Origin: an uncultured Rhodospirillales bacterium
GTDB lineage: Bacteria; Pseudomonadota; Alphaproteobacteria; UBA9219; RGZA01
Length of the DNA stretch: 64,000 nucleotides
Direction: 5' to 3'
Assembly: GCA_964568585.1 (NCBI GenBank)
Contig: CAZMQI010000004.1
Location: forward strand, 11,312 to 75,311
Below, piece after piece: positions 1 through 9,098 of this stretch (positions are counted from its first letter, which is position 1; every line of letters begins with the position of its first letter). The translations under genes were made by a program, and so were the position numbers. The notes below the pieces were generated by a model. It saw nothing but the letters and a program-made list of their open reading frames with translations, searched no databases and was not told the DNA's origin.

Positions 1-1
1 T

Positions 2-715
2 ATCATTAATGAGAACGATACCGTCAGCACCGCTGAAATCCGCATCGGCGATAATGACCGTTTGGCAGCACGCGTCGCACAGATGATGAGCGCGGACACG
101 CTTATTCTATTGTCGGATATCGATGGATTATATACGGCAGATCCCAAAACCAATCCATCCGCCACCTTCATTCCTGAAGTTAAAGAAATCACCGCCGATA
201 TCGAAGCCATGGCCGGTGACCCACAACCGGGCATCAGCAGTGGCGGCATGAAAACCAAAATCATGGCGGCAAAAATCGCCGTCACATCCGGTTGCCGCAT
301 GGCTATTTTAAAAGGCACCGAAGAAAATCCGCTACGCAAATTGGATGAAGGCACATTGCGCTGCACATGGTTCACGCCATCCACTACACCACTTGCCGCG
401 CGCAAGCGGTGGATTGCCGCGCATATGAGCATGAAGGGTGCCATCATCATCGATGATGGCGCGGTTAAAGCATTACAAGATGGGCGCAGCCTGTTACCCG
501 CTGGCGTCAAATCCTGCGAAGGCGTGTTTGCATCGGGTGATGCTGTGGCAATCAAAACCTTATCCGGCCAAAGCATTGGTTGCGGGCTCATCGCCTTTGA
601 CCGTGATGAGGCCGATAAAATCTGCGGCAAGCGCAGCGATGATATCGAACGCCTGCTGGGCTATGCGGGCCAAGAAGAAATGATCCACCGCGACAATATG
701 GTCATCAATAAATAA
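2..715 (+). CDS. proB: glutamate 5-kinase, C-terminal part (gene starts upstream of window)
   Basis: Frame 2 is open from the window edge. The translation (IINENDTVSTAEIRIGDNDRLAARVAQMMSADTLILLSDIDGLYTADP...GGMKTKIMAAKIA) matches the amino-acid kinase core, and the PUA-like C-terminus matches ProB. proA lies downstream. Confidence 0.85.
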   Translation: MINENDTVSTAEIRIGDNDRLAARVAQMMSADTLILLSDIDGLYTADPKTNPSATFIPEVKEITADIEAMAGDPQPGISSGGMKTKIMAAKIAVTSGCRMAILKGTEENPLRKLDEGTLRCTWFTPSTTPLAARKRWIAAHMSMKGAIIIDDGAVKALQDGRSLLPAGVKSCEGVFASGDAVAIKTLSGQSIGCGLIAFDRDEADKICGKRSDDIERLLGYAGQEEMIHRDNMVINK

Positions 716-739
716 CGAGCTAAATAACGGAGCACACAC

Positions 740-1348
740 ATGGATGCAAACACGCTACAGGTTTTACAAAATTTGCAACCTGGGTCAGATGCTCAGTTTT
801 TCAGCGATGCCGTAGCCGTGCAAGCTGGTAAATCCGGTCTTACCATCGCCGCCATTCTTACTGCCACCGCTAGTGTTTATTATTTGTTGTGCAGCCTTGG
901 CGTATTTGGCTCATCCAAGCGTTCTGTATTTGCGATTATCGTCACTGTTATTGCTGGCATCGGCGCATTTTTACTCAATCAAAAGGCTGAAACCTTCCGC
1001 GTCATTGATGACAGCCGCCCTATCATCGCGCTCAATGCCACCAAACTGGAATATGATGTGCGCCGCAATGGCTGGATTATTCCGTGGACGTATGTGACAT
1101 CGGTTGAACTCAAAACCACCACCACACACAAAAAACAATCGGTTGAACAAACGACATACGAAATCCGTGTAAATACCAAGCTCGCCCCGCCCATCACATG
1201 GAAATACGAACCATCTGCGGATAACGATGTGGAAACCGTGCAAAAGCTGGTCCAAAGCGAAAATTATCTCGTGATTGACCCAGAACCCCTCGGAATTGAC
1301 GCAGCAGAACTACAGAAGGCGCTGGAAAAATACCGCCAGGGCCTCTAA
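740..1348 (+). CDS. hypothetical membrane protein (two predicted TM helices plus a C-terminal soluble domain) inserted between proB and proA
   Basis: 202-aa ORF with two hydrophobic helices (LTIAAILTATASVYYLLCSLGVF and VFAIIVTVIAGIGAFLL) and a non-repetitive C-terminal part. No recognisable family. Confidence 0.5.
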   Translation: MDANTLQVLQNLQPGSDAQFFSDAVAVQAGKSGLTIAAILTATASVYYLLCSLGVFGSSKRSVFAIIVTVIAGIGAFLLNQKAETFRVIDDSRPIIALNATKLEYDVRRNGWIIPWTYVTSVELKTTTTHKKQSVEQTTYEIRVNTKLAPPITWKYEPSADNDVETVQKLVQSENYLVIDPEPLGIDAAELQKALEKYRQGL

Positions 1349-1357
1349 ATTAGTGGC

Positions 1358-2635
1358 ATGCAAGCAGCACCACAGCAAAACGTGAACTGGATCCAAGAAC
1401 TCGAAGCGATTGGCCTCAATGCCAAGGCCGCGATGCCTTTGCTTGGCAATGCAACGGCGGCACAACGGACCAAAGCATTGCAGATTTGCGCGCAAAAATT
1501 GCGCGACAACAAAGATGCCATTTTAAAAGCCAACGCAGCAGATGTCGCCAAAGGTCAAACGACGATTAGCAAGGCGATGATTGATCGCCTTACCCTCACC
1601 CCTGAACGGTTGGAAGCAATCGCCAAAGGTCTGGAAGATGTCGCCAAGCAGCCCGACCCCATTGGCAAAATATTGGAAGAATGGACGCGCCCGAATGGTT
1701 TGAAGATTCAACGCGTCTCCGTTCCACTTGGCGTTATCGGCATGATTTACGAAAGTCGCCCGAACGTAACGGCGGAAGCTGCATCCATTGCGCTGCGCGG
1801 CGGCAATGCGATCATCCTCCGCTGTGGTTCCGATTGTTTTGAAAGTTCACTAGCGATTGCAAATGCCTTGCAAGACGGCCTTACCGAAAGCGGTTTACCA
1901 AAAACCGCCATTCAACTTATTCCAACGACTGACCGCGCCGCTGTCGGCGCACTACTCGGCATGAGCCAATATGTGGACGTGATTGTGCCACGTGGTGGCC
2001 GCGAATTGATTGAACGCGTTGAACGCGAAAGCAAAATCCCTTTGCTGCGTCAGTATGAAGGCGTGAACCATATTTATGTGCACGCCAAGGCCGATGCGGA
2101 AAAAGCAGAAACGGTCATTCAAAATGCAAAGATGCGCCGCTGCACCATTTGCGGCGCGGTTGAATGCCTGTTGTTCGATGCCTCAACGCTAAAAACCATT
2201 GCAACATCTGCCATCAAGAAGCTTTTGGATGCTGGCTGTGAAGTGCGCGGGGATGACTCTATCCAAGCTATCGATGCGCGCGTGAAACCAGCGCAGCAAT
2301 GCGATTGGGGCAAGGAATTCCTTGAACCCATCGTGGCGGCACGCGTAGTGAATGGTATTCAAGAAGCGATGGAACATATCGAAACCTATTCATCACACCA
2401 TACCGATTGCATTTTAACGGAAGATAAAGCCGCCGCAGAAACCTTCACCCGTCAGGTGGATAGTGCGATTGTGATGGTCAACGCATCCACCCAATTCGCC
2501 GATGGCGGTGAATTTGGCTTTGGCGGTGAAGTGGGCATTGCAACGGGTCGTTTCCATGCACGTGGCCCCATTGGCGCAGCACAACTTACCAGTTATAAAT
2601 ACATCGTCTTGGGTAACGGCCAAACACGGCCCTAG
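1358..2635 (+). CDS. proA: gamma-glutamyl phosphate reductase (glutamate-5-semialdehyde dehydrogenase)
   Basis: 425 aa. Aldehyde dehydrogenase-type motifs typical of ProA (VIGMIYESRPNVT, GNAIILRCGS, catalytic Cys region CTICGAVECLL). Confidence 0.9.
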   Translation: MQAAPQQNVNWIQELEAIGLNAKAAMPLLGNATAAQRTKALQICAQKLRDNKDAILKANAADVAKGQTTISKAMIDRLTLTPERLEAIAKGLEDVAKQPDPIGKILEEWTRPNGLKIQRVSVPLGVIGMIYESRPNVTAEAASIALRGGNAIILRCGSDCFESSLAIANALQDGLTESGLPKTAIQLIPTTDRAAVGALLGMSQYVDVIVPRGGRELIERVERESKIPLLRQYEGVNHIYVHAKADAEKAETVIQNAKMRRCTICGAVECLLFDASTLKTIATSAIKKLLDAGCEVRGDDSIQAIDARVKPAQQCDWGKEFLEPIVAARVVNGIQEAMEHIETYSSHHTDCILTEDKAAAETFTRQVDSAIVMVNASTQFADGGEFGFGGEVGIATGRFHARGPIGAAQLTSYKYIVLGNGQTRP

Positions 2636-2659
2636 CATCTCGGCCTAAAAGGAATTCGT

Positions 2660-3304
2660 TTGCTTCCCATTTCCCCGCCTCTACTTTCTGGTCCATCTTA
2701 CCGAAATCTTCGCATCGGATTATTGGGCGGGTCATTCAACCCCGCGCATGAAGGCCATGTGCATATCAGCATGCTCGCGCTTAAGAACATGAATCTGGAT
2801 GCTGTGTGGTGGCTGGTCTCCCCGCAAAATCCGCTCAAAAGCGATAAGGGCATGGCCAGCTTCGAACAGCGGTTTGAAGGCGCGCGGCTCATCACCCGCA
2901 ATTGCCCGAATATCATCGTCAGCGATTTGGAAACACGATTAGGCACGCGCTATACCGCCGATACCCTAAAACGCCTGACCCAGTACTTCCCGCAGACACA
3001 CTTTATCTGGATGATGGGCGCAGATAACCTCATTCAAATCCCCCGTTGGCAGCGTTGGCAGGACATTTTCAAGCTTTGCGATGTTGCTGTTTATCGCCGC
3101 CCGCCCTATGCTGTGGGGGTCTTGCGCGGCAAAGCGGCACAGCGGTTCTGTTTGAACCGTATTCCGCCAGCTAAAGCAAAACAGATGGGCCAAAAAAACA
3201 ATGGCCTTTCTAAAAAGAAAAAATGGATCTTATTCAGTAACCGTTTGAATGCTGAATCCGCGACGCAAATTCGTGCCAAAAACATTATGTACTCTATTCT
3301 CTAA
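2660..3304 (+). CDS. nadD: nicotinate-nucleotide adenylyltransferase
   Basis: N-terminal (H/T)xGH nucleotidyltransferase motif GLLGGSFNPAHEGH. Conserved nadD-rsfS-rlmH neighbourhood. Confidence 0.85.
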   Translation: MLPISPPLLSGPSYRNLRIGLLGGSFNPAHEGHVHISMLALKNMNLDAVWWLVSPQNPLKSDKGMASFEQRFEGARLITRNCPNIIVSDLETRLGTRYTADTLKRLTQYFPQTHFIWMMGADNLIQIPRWQRWQDIFKLCDVAVYRRPPYAVGVLRGKAAQRFCLNRIPPAKAKQMGQKNNGLSKKKKWILFSNRLNAESATQIRAKNIMYSIL

Positions 3305-3315
3305 AAGGATATCAC

Positions 3316-3897
3316 GTGGCTAAACCTACCAACAAAAAAACAACAGCTCAGAAACCAGTAGCTAAAAAATCAGCTGGCAAAGCAAAACCCGCTGCCAAAA
3401 AAGTTGCGCCTAAAAAGGCCGCTGCCAAGCCAGCCGCCAAAGTAGCTGTCAAAGCCCCGATTAAAGTGATTGCACGCAATAGCGCGCCGGCGAAATCCAA
3501 AAAGCCTGCCGTGAATGAAAGCCCAAAAGATAAAAAGGTAAAAGACCTTCAAGAGTTCATGCGCGATAAGGTATTGCAGGTATTGGACGACGGTAAGGCC
3601 GAAGACACCATGTGCATCGATGTGCGCGGCCAATCCCCCATCTGCGATTTTCTGGTCATCACCACGGGGCGTTCATCAAGAGCTGTGCATGCATTATCCG
3701 AAGCCGTTGAAAAAGCATTACGTGAATCCGGCGCAAAGAATGTTCGCAACGAAGGTAAGGCCGCTGGCGATTGGGCGGTTGTAGATGGCGGCGATGTTAT
3801 CATCCATGTGTTTCGCCCCGAAGTGCGCGCATTCTACCGCCTTGAAGAAGTATGGGGTCTTGAACCGCCGCTTCAACAAACATTCAAAGACCTGTAA
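3316..3897 (+). CDS. rsfS: ribosome silencing factor RsfS (Iojap family) with an N-terminal Lys/Ala/Pro-rich (histone H1-like) extension
   Basis: The C-terminal ~110 aa (DKVLQVLDDGKAEDTMCIDVRG...FLVITTGRSSRAVHALSEAV...DWAVVDGGDVIIHVFRPEVRAFYRLEEVWG) match RsfS. The N-terminal ~80 aa are AKK/PAAK repeats. GTG start with AAGGA Shine-Dalgarno 7 nt upstream. Confidence 0.8.
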   Translation: MAKPTNKKTTAQKPVAKKSAGKAKPAAKKVAPKKAAAKPAAKVAVKAPIKVIARNSAPAKSKKPAVNESPKDKKVKDLQEFMRDKVLQVLDDGKAEDTMCIDVRGQSPICDFLVITTGRSSRAVHALSEAVEKALRESGAKNVRNEGKAAGDWAVVDGGDVIIHVFRPEVRAFYRLEEVWGLEPPLQQTFKDL

Positions 3898-3927
3898 TTC
3901 TTCATACCTTAACTTGGCGAGGACATC

Positions 3928-4347
3928 ATGAGCAGCGACAATTTCAGCATTGATCAAGTGAAGCATTTCTTTGAGCCAGAAAACCTGAAGAACTTTTTCA
4001 AACCTGACAATCTGAAAGCCTTTGCCACACGTGCATGGCATGGCGAATTGCCCTTATGGCAGGCGTTTTGGGGGCTGACTGTGCTTCCCAACATCCTCAT
4101 CAATTTTGTTACACGCATTATTGCTGCGCTTATCCCCATCCCCAGCTTTCTGGTTATCCTTGGCATCCTTGTATTCCTCATCACGCTGCCATTGACCATT
4201 TTGCAATTGGTTTCCGTATGGCGCAGCGCAGTGAACTACAACACCGCCAACCCAAGCGTCTATTGGGGCTATGCCGCACAAGCACTGGTGGCGCTCGGCG
4301 GATTGATGTTGGCCGTTGGGTTAGTCGGCACCATATTCCGTCATTAA
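3928..4347 (+). CDS. hypothetical small membrane protein inserted between rsfS and rlmH
   Basis: 139-aa ORF with 3 hydrophobic segments. No family recognised. Confidence 0.5.
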   Translation: MSSDNFSIDQVKHFFEPENLKNFFKPDNLKAFATRAWHGELPLWQAFWGLTVLPNILINFVTRIIAALIPIPSFLVILGILVFLITLPLTILQLVSVWRSAVNYNTANPSVYWGYAAQALVALGGLMLAVGLVGTIFRH

Positions 4348-4359
4348 GTTGAAACTGAT

Positions 4360-4818
4360 TTGCCAAACATCCTCATCCTCGCAATTGGTAAAATGAAGCA
4401 GGGCCCTATGGCCGATGCGTTGGCGGAATATCAAAAACGCTTACGCTGGAAATTGACCATAAAGGAATTTGATTTCAAAGACCTGAACGCGAACAAGTTG
4501 CGTGATAAGGAATCGCAGGCATTGCTTGCAGCAGTTCCCGAAGGCTACCGCATCATTGCATGCGACGAACGCGGCAAGGAAACCAGCAGCATGGATTTTT
4601 CCCATAAAATCGAACATTGGCAGGATAACGAATCGCATAACCTTGCCTTCCTAATCGGCGGCGCCAATGGCCATAGCGACTATGTGCGAAAAAAGGCTGA
4701 CTTTCTCCTCAGTTTTGGCAGAATGACATGGCCACATATGATGGCGCGCGTCATGCTGGTCGAACAGCTTTACCGCGCCCAGCAAATAATGGCGGGTCAT
4801 CCCTACCACCGTGAATAA
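4360..4818 (+). CDS. rlmH: 23S rRNA (pseudouridine1915-N3)-methyltransferase RlmH (SPOUT)
   Basis: 152 aa. Characteristic LIGGANGH motif and C-terminal HPYHRE. Confidence 0.85.
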   Translation: MPNILILAIGKMKQGPMADALAEYQKRLRWKLTIKEFDFKDLNANKLRDKESQALLAAVPEGYRIIACDERGKETSSMDFSHKIEHWQDNESHNLAFLIGGANGHSDYVRKKADFLLSFGRMTWPHMMARVMLVEQLYRAQQIMAGHPYHRE

Positions 4819-4838
4819 GAATAAGGTTTCATTATATT

Positions 4839-6377
4839 ATGTCAGTTCAAAAAACTCGTCCTGTTGTCTTGTGCGTATTTGATGGCTTCGGCCACCGCCC
4901 GGATGCGCCTGACAATGCTGTCTCGCTTGCGAATACGCCGAATATCGATCGCTATTTTGCGACCTGCCCACATTCACTGCTTGATGCGAGCGAAGAACAT
5001 GTTGGCTTGCCACAGGGCCAGATGGGCAATTCCGAAGTCGGCCATATGAATTTAGGCGCAGGCCAAGTGATTTTCCAAGATTTGCCGATGATTGACCGCG
5101 CGATTAAGAACGACGAACTGAAATCATCCCCCGCTCTTGTCGATTTAATCAATAAACTGCAAGCATCCAAAGGCACATGCCACATGATGGGTCTTGCATC
5201 ACCGGGCGGTGTGCATTCGCATCAAGATCATCTAGTTGCTCTGGCCAAAATCCTCAACGCCGCAAATGTGCCCGTTGCCATCCACGCATTTCTTGATGGC
5301 CGCGATATGCCGCCGCAAAGCTCCATTGATCAAATCGCCAAATTGCAAAAAGATATTACCGGCTTGCAGCACGTGAAACTGGTCAGCTTATGTGGCCGTT
5401 ATTACGCGATGGACCGCGATAAGCGCTGGGAACGCGTTGAAAAAGCTTACCGCCTGATTGCAAATGGCGAAGGCAAACAAAGCACTGATGCGCTTGCTGC
5501 CATCAAGGAAAGCTACGCTGAAAAAGTATATGATGAATTCGTGCTGCCCGTTGCCTTGAACGGATATACAGGTATTAAGGATGGCGATGGTATCTTGTTT
5601 ATCAATTTCCGTGCCGACCGCGCCCGCGAGATTTTGCACACACTGATTGATCCATCCTTTGATGGCTTCAAGCGCGACAAGCAAATCACCTTCGCTGCAA
5701 TCACCGGCATGGTCGAATATTCCGACAAGCTGAAGATGATGATGAGCGCTCTCTTCCCGCCGAAAATCATCAACGACACGCTTGGTGAAATCGTATCGAA
5801 AGCGGGCATGAAGCAATTGCGTATCGCAGAGACTGAGAAATATCCGCACGTTACCTTCTTCTTCAATGGCGGACGCGAAGAACCCTATGCTGGCGAAGAA
5901 CGCATTCTTGTGCCCTCACCCAAGGTCGCGACCTATGATTTACAACCGGAAATGTCCGCGCCAGAAGTGACGGATAAGCTGGTAGATGCTATTAATTCAA
6001 CTAAATTCGACATGATTGTGGTCAATTACGCCAATGGCGACATGGTGGGGCACACCGGTGATTTGAATGCGGCGATTAAAGCTGTTGAAACATTAGACAC
6101 ATGCATTGGCCGCGTCGAAGCAGCAGTGAAGCAACACGGCGGCGTTATCCTGCTGACTGCCGATCACGGCAATTGTGAACGCATGCATGATCATGAAACG
6201 CACGGGCCCCACACAGCGCATACCTTGAACCTTGTGCCTGCTATCCTCATCAATGCACCGGCAGACGTTAAAAAAATCCATGATGGAAAGCTGGCGGATG
6301 TCGCCCCCACCTTGTTGCATTTTTTAAATCTGCCGCAACCCAAAACCATGACAGGGAAAACTATTCTGAACGAATGA
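4839..6377 (+). CDS. gpmI: 2,3-bisphosphoglycerate-independent phosphoglycerate mutase
   Basis: 512 aa. iPGM motifs (VVLCVFDGFG, NSEVGHMNLGAG, TADHGNCE). Confidence 0.9.
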   Translation: MSVQKTRPVVLCVFDGFGHRPDAPDNAVSLANTPNIDRYFATCPHSLLDASEEHVGLPQGQMGNSEVGHMNLGAGQVIFQDLPMIDRAIKNDELKSSPALVDLINKLQASKGTCHMMGLASPGGVHSHQDHLVALAKILNAANVPVAIHAFLDGRDMPPQSSIDQIAKLQKDITGLQHVKLVSLCGRYYAMDRDKRWERVEKAYRLIANGEGKQSTDALAAIKESYAEKVYDEFVLPVALNGYTGIKDGDGILFINFRADRAREILHTLIDPSFDGFKRDKQITFAAITGMVEYSDKLKMMMSALFPPKIINDTLGEIVSKAGMKQLRIAETEKYPHVTFFFNGGREEPYAGEERILVPSPKVATYDLQPEMSAPEVTDKLVDAINSTKFDMIVVNYANGDMVGHTGDLNAAIKAVETLDTCIGRVEAAVKQHGGVILLTADHGNCERMHDHETHGPHTAHTLNLVPAILINAPADVKKIHDGKLADVAPTLLHFLNLPQPKTMTGKTILNE

Positions 6378-7516
6378 AACGCCCAGTGAACTATGTTCCG
6401 CTTATCATTCTATTCTGCATGCTTGGCTTCAGCGTTCCAGTAAACGCCGCCATACCGCCCGAACTTGCCAAGCTGCAAGAAGACCTCAACCTCAAGCGCC
6501 AAAAAGATGCCGAGCTCAAAAAGCAGCTGGATACAACGGAAACCGAGCTTTCCGACCTTCGCGCGAAGCTGGTGAGCGCAGCGCGTGAACAGGAAAACAG
6601 CGAAGATATTCTCCTCAACTATCATAAAAAGCTGGAAACTCTGCAACGCGCCGAAACGCAGCAGCAAGCCGATTTAGACAAGCAACGCAAACACATGGAA
6701 GAAGTGCTGGTTGCATTATTACGCATGGCACGTACACCTGCGGAATTGATGATTATCCGTCCCGAAAAACCGGTCGATAATATCCGCAGTGCAATCTTGC
6801 TGCGCGAAGCATTGCCGCAATACGCGCTGGAAGCGCAACGTCTGTCATCCCAGCTTGATCGATTGCAAATCACCCGTGCAGATATTCTGGATAAACAGGC
6901 CGCATTAAAAGACGCGCAAAAAACATTCGCCTCCAAACAGGATGAATTGAATAAACTATTAAACCAACGCCAAGCATGGCTAAAAGCCACCGAAAGCCAG
7001 CGCGGCGATTTACAGGCGCAGATTGCCGAACTGACCAAGGAAGCACAAAACGTGCAGGATCTGGTTCAAAAGGTGACCAGCTCCGGCATCATCCCCGTCC
7101 CGCAGAAGCTGAAAAAGTCAGGGCATGTTGCTTTTACTGCCCCCGCCAAGGGTAAGATTCTCTATGCATTTGGTGATGCGGATGATGTGGGGAGCTCAAG
7201 CCGTGGCCTAACCATGCGGGTCAGAGGCGGCGAAATGATTGTTGCGCCAGCGGATGGGCAGGTGGTCTTTGCCGGGCCATTTAAAGGATACGGCAATATC
7301 TTGATTATCCGGCACGGAGACGACTATCATTCCTTCCTAGCTGGTTTTGGCCGGCTTGATTCTGCCGTTGGGCAGGTCGTTAATGCAGGAGAGCCTTTGG
7401 GCCGAAGCTCCATGGAGCAAGGCAATAATACGCAGGTCTATTTCGAGTTGCGTTATAAAGGTGCGCCGATTAACCCTGCACAATATGTTAAAGTCACGAA
7501 TGTCGCCGCAAACTAA
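6374..7516 (+). CDS. EnvC-like murein hydrolase activator (N-terminal coiled coil plus degenerate C-terminal M23/LytM domain)
   Basis: Signal peptide, then a long coiled coil. The C-terminal LytM fold (GLTMRVRGGEMIVAPADGQVVFAG...GNILIIRHGDDYHSFLAG...VYFELRYKGAPINP) has the HxH motif replaced (YFELRY instead of HFEIR). 4-bp overlap with gpmI. Confidence 0.8.
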   Translation: MKRPVNYVPLIILFCMLGFSVPVNAAIPPELAKLQEDLNLKRQKDAELKKQLDTTETELSDLRAKLVSAAREQENSEDILLNYHKKLETLQRAETQQQADLDKQRKHMEEVLVALLRMARTPAELMIIRPEKPVDNIRSAILLREALPQYALEAQRLSSQLDRLQITRADILDKQAALKDAQKTFASKQDELNKLLNQRQAWLKATESQRGDLQAQIAELTKEAQNVQDLVQKVTSSGIIPVPQKLKKSGHVAFTAPAKGKILYAFGDADDVGSSSRGLTMRVRGGEMIVAPADGQVVFAGPFKGYGNILIIRHGDDYHSFLAGFGRLDSAVGQVVNAGEPLGRSSMEQGNNTQVYFELRYKGAPINPAQYVKVTNVAAN

Positions 7517-7568
7517 TACGCCAATCCTTAAGTCCAGTTCTTAATTTTTCTTTCCCATCTTCAAGGAA

Positions 7569-9080
7569 ATGTATCTGATGCCAAATCGCTTTAAAAAATC
7601 GCTTTTCGTTTCATTGTTAGCGTTGTTGTTTGCATCCGGTCTTGGTTTTGGTGTCCCTGCCCTGCTTCACGCCGAAGACGGCCCGAAGAAAAAGGAAGAA
7701 GAAGAGTCACCCGATGCACGTGACACCTTTAAATATCTAAGCCTGTTCAGCGATGTGATGGAACGCGTTCGTGCCGATTATGTGGATAGCGTAACCGATG
7801 AAAAGCTCGTGGAATCCTCGCTAAACGGCATGCTGATGTCACTTGACCCGCATTCGGGTTACATGACCAAGAAAAGCTTTGGCGAAATGCAAACCCAAAC
7901 CCGCGGTGAATTCGGCGGCCTTGGTATCGAAGTGACGATGGAAGACAATATTGTGAAGGTTGTATCACCAATTGACGATACACCCGCCGCGAAAGCCGGC
8001 ATGCAACCCGGCGATTTAATTACCCATATCGATGAACATCCGGTAACAGAACTGACCCTGTCCGAAGCCGTTGATAAAATGCGCGGCGTCCCCGGCAGCA
8101 AGATTAAACTTACCGTACGTCGTGGTGGCCTTTCCGGCACACCGTTCGATGTAGCAATTATACGCGCCATCATCAAAATCAAATCGGTGAAGTATGAAGT
8201 GAAGGATAACCTGATTGGTTACATCCGCATCACCACCTTTAATGAACAAACCCAACTTGGCCTCGATAACGCGCTCGCAGATTTTGAAAAAACTGCTGGT
8301 GACAAGCTGATTGGTTATGTGCTCGATTTACGTAACAACCCGGGCGGCTTGCTGGAACAGGCAATTTCAGTTTCCTCAACCTTCCTACCTGCGGGCGTCC
8401 CTGTGGTATCGACCAAAGGTCGTCACAGCGAAGACAATCAGGCATTCCTGTCACGTGGCGGCGATAAAACCAACGGCAAGCCGATTGTGCTGATGGTGAA
8501 TGGTGGCTCTGCATCCGCATCTGAAATTGTTGCTGGCGCTTTGCAAGATCATCATCGCGGCATTGTGATTGGTATGAAGTCCTTTGGTAAAGGTTCTGTG
8601 CAAACCATTATTCCGCTGCAAAATGGCGGTGCAATGCGGTTGACCACGGCGCGTTACTTCACACCATCTGGCCGCTCTATTCAGGCCGAAGGCATCAAGC
8701 CCGATATCGAAATCCTTCCTGCCAAGGTTGAAGAAATCAAGCCCAAGAAAGGTTTAACCGAAGCCGATTTGAAGGGCGCGCTCGCCAATCCGAATGATAA
8801 GAAATCAGCTAACGACAATACGGCTGAAAAGAAAGACGAGAAGAAGGATGATGCCAAGGATAAGAAGAGCGCCAGCGATGGCGCCATGGGACCTGATGGT
8901 ATTGACGAAGCAGACAAGGATAAGGACGGCAAGGATGGTAAGGAAGTGAAGAAGCCTTACGATTATCAATTGGCGCGTGCTCTTGATATGCTGCGCGGTA
9001 TTTCACTGTATGAAAAACGTGGCCAAGCAGTGACCCCCGCGCCTCCCGCAGCTGAAAAACCTGCAAAAGCAGCGCAGTAA
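7569..9080 (+). CDS. ctpA: carboxy-terminal processing protease (S41 family) with an Asp/Lys-rich C-terminal tail
   Basis: Signal peptide, PDZ domain (GGLGIEV...VVSPIDDTPAAKAGMQPGDLI) and S41 catalytic region (LDLRNNPGG, GGSASASEIVAGALQD, SFGKGSVQT). Confidence 0.9.
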   Translation: MYLMPNRFKKSLFVSLLALLFASGLGFGVPALLHAEDGPKKKEEEESPDARDTFKYLSLFSDVMERVRADYVDSVTDEKLVESSLNGMLMSLDPHSGYMTKKSFGEMQTQTRGEFGGLGIEVTMEDNIVKVVSPIDDTPAAKAGMQPGDLITHIDEHPVTELTLSEAVDKMRGVPGSKIKLTVRRGGLSGTPFDVAIIRAIIKIKSVKYEVKDNLIGYIRITTFNEQTQLGLDNALADFEKTAGDKLIGYVLDLRNNPGGLLEQAISVSSTFLPAGVPVVSTKGRHSEDNQAFLSRGGDKTNGKPIVLMVNGGSASASEIVAGALQDHHRGIVIGMKSFGKGSVQTIIPLQNGGAMRLTTARYFTPSGRSIQAEGIKPDIEILPAKVEEIKPKKGLTEADLKGALANPNDKKSANDNTAEKKDEKKDDAKDKKSASDGAMGPDGIDEADKDKDGKDGKEVKKPYDYQLARALDMLRGISLYEKRGQAVTPAPPAAEKPAKAAQ

Positions 9081-9098
9081 TAATCCTTAGGAGAATGC

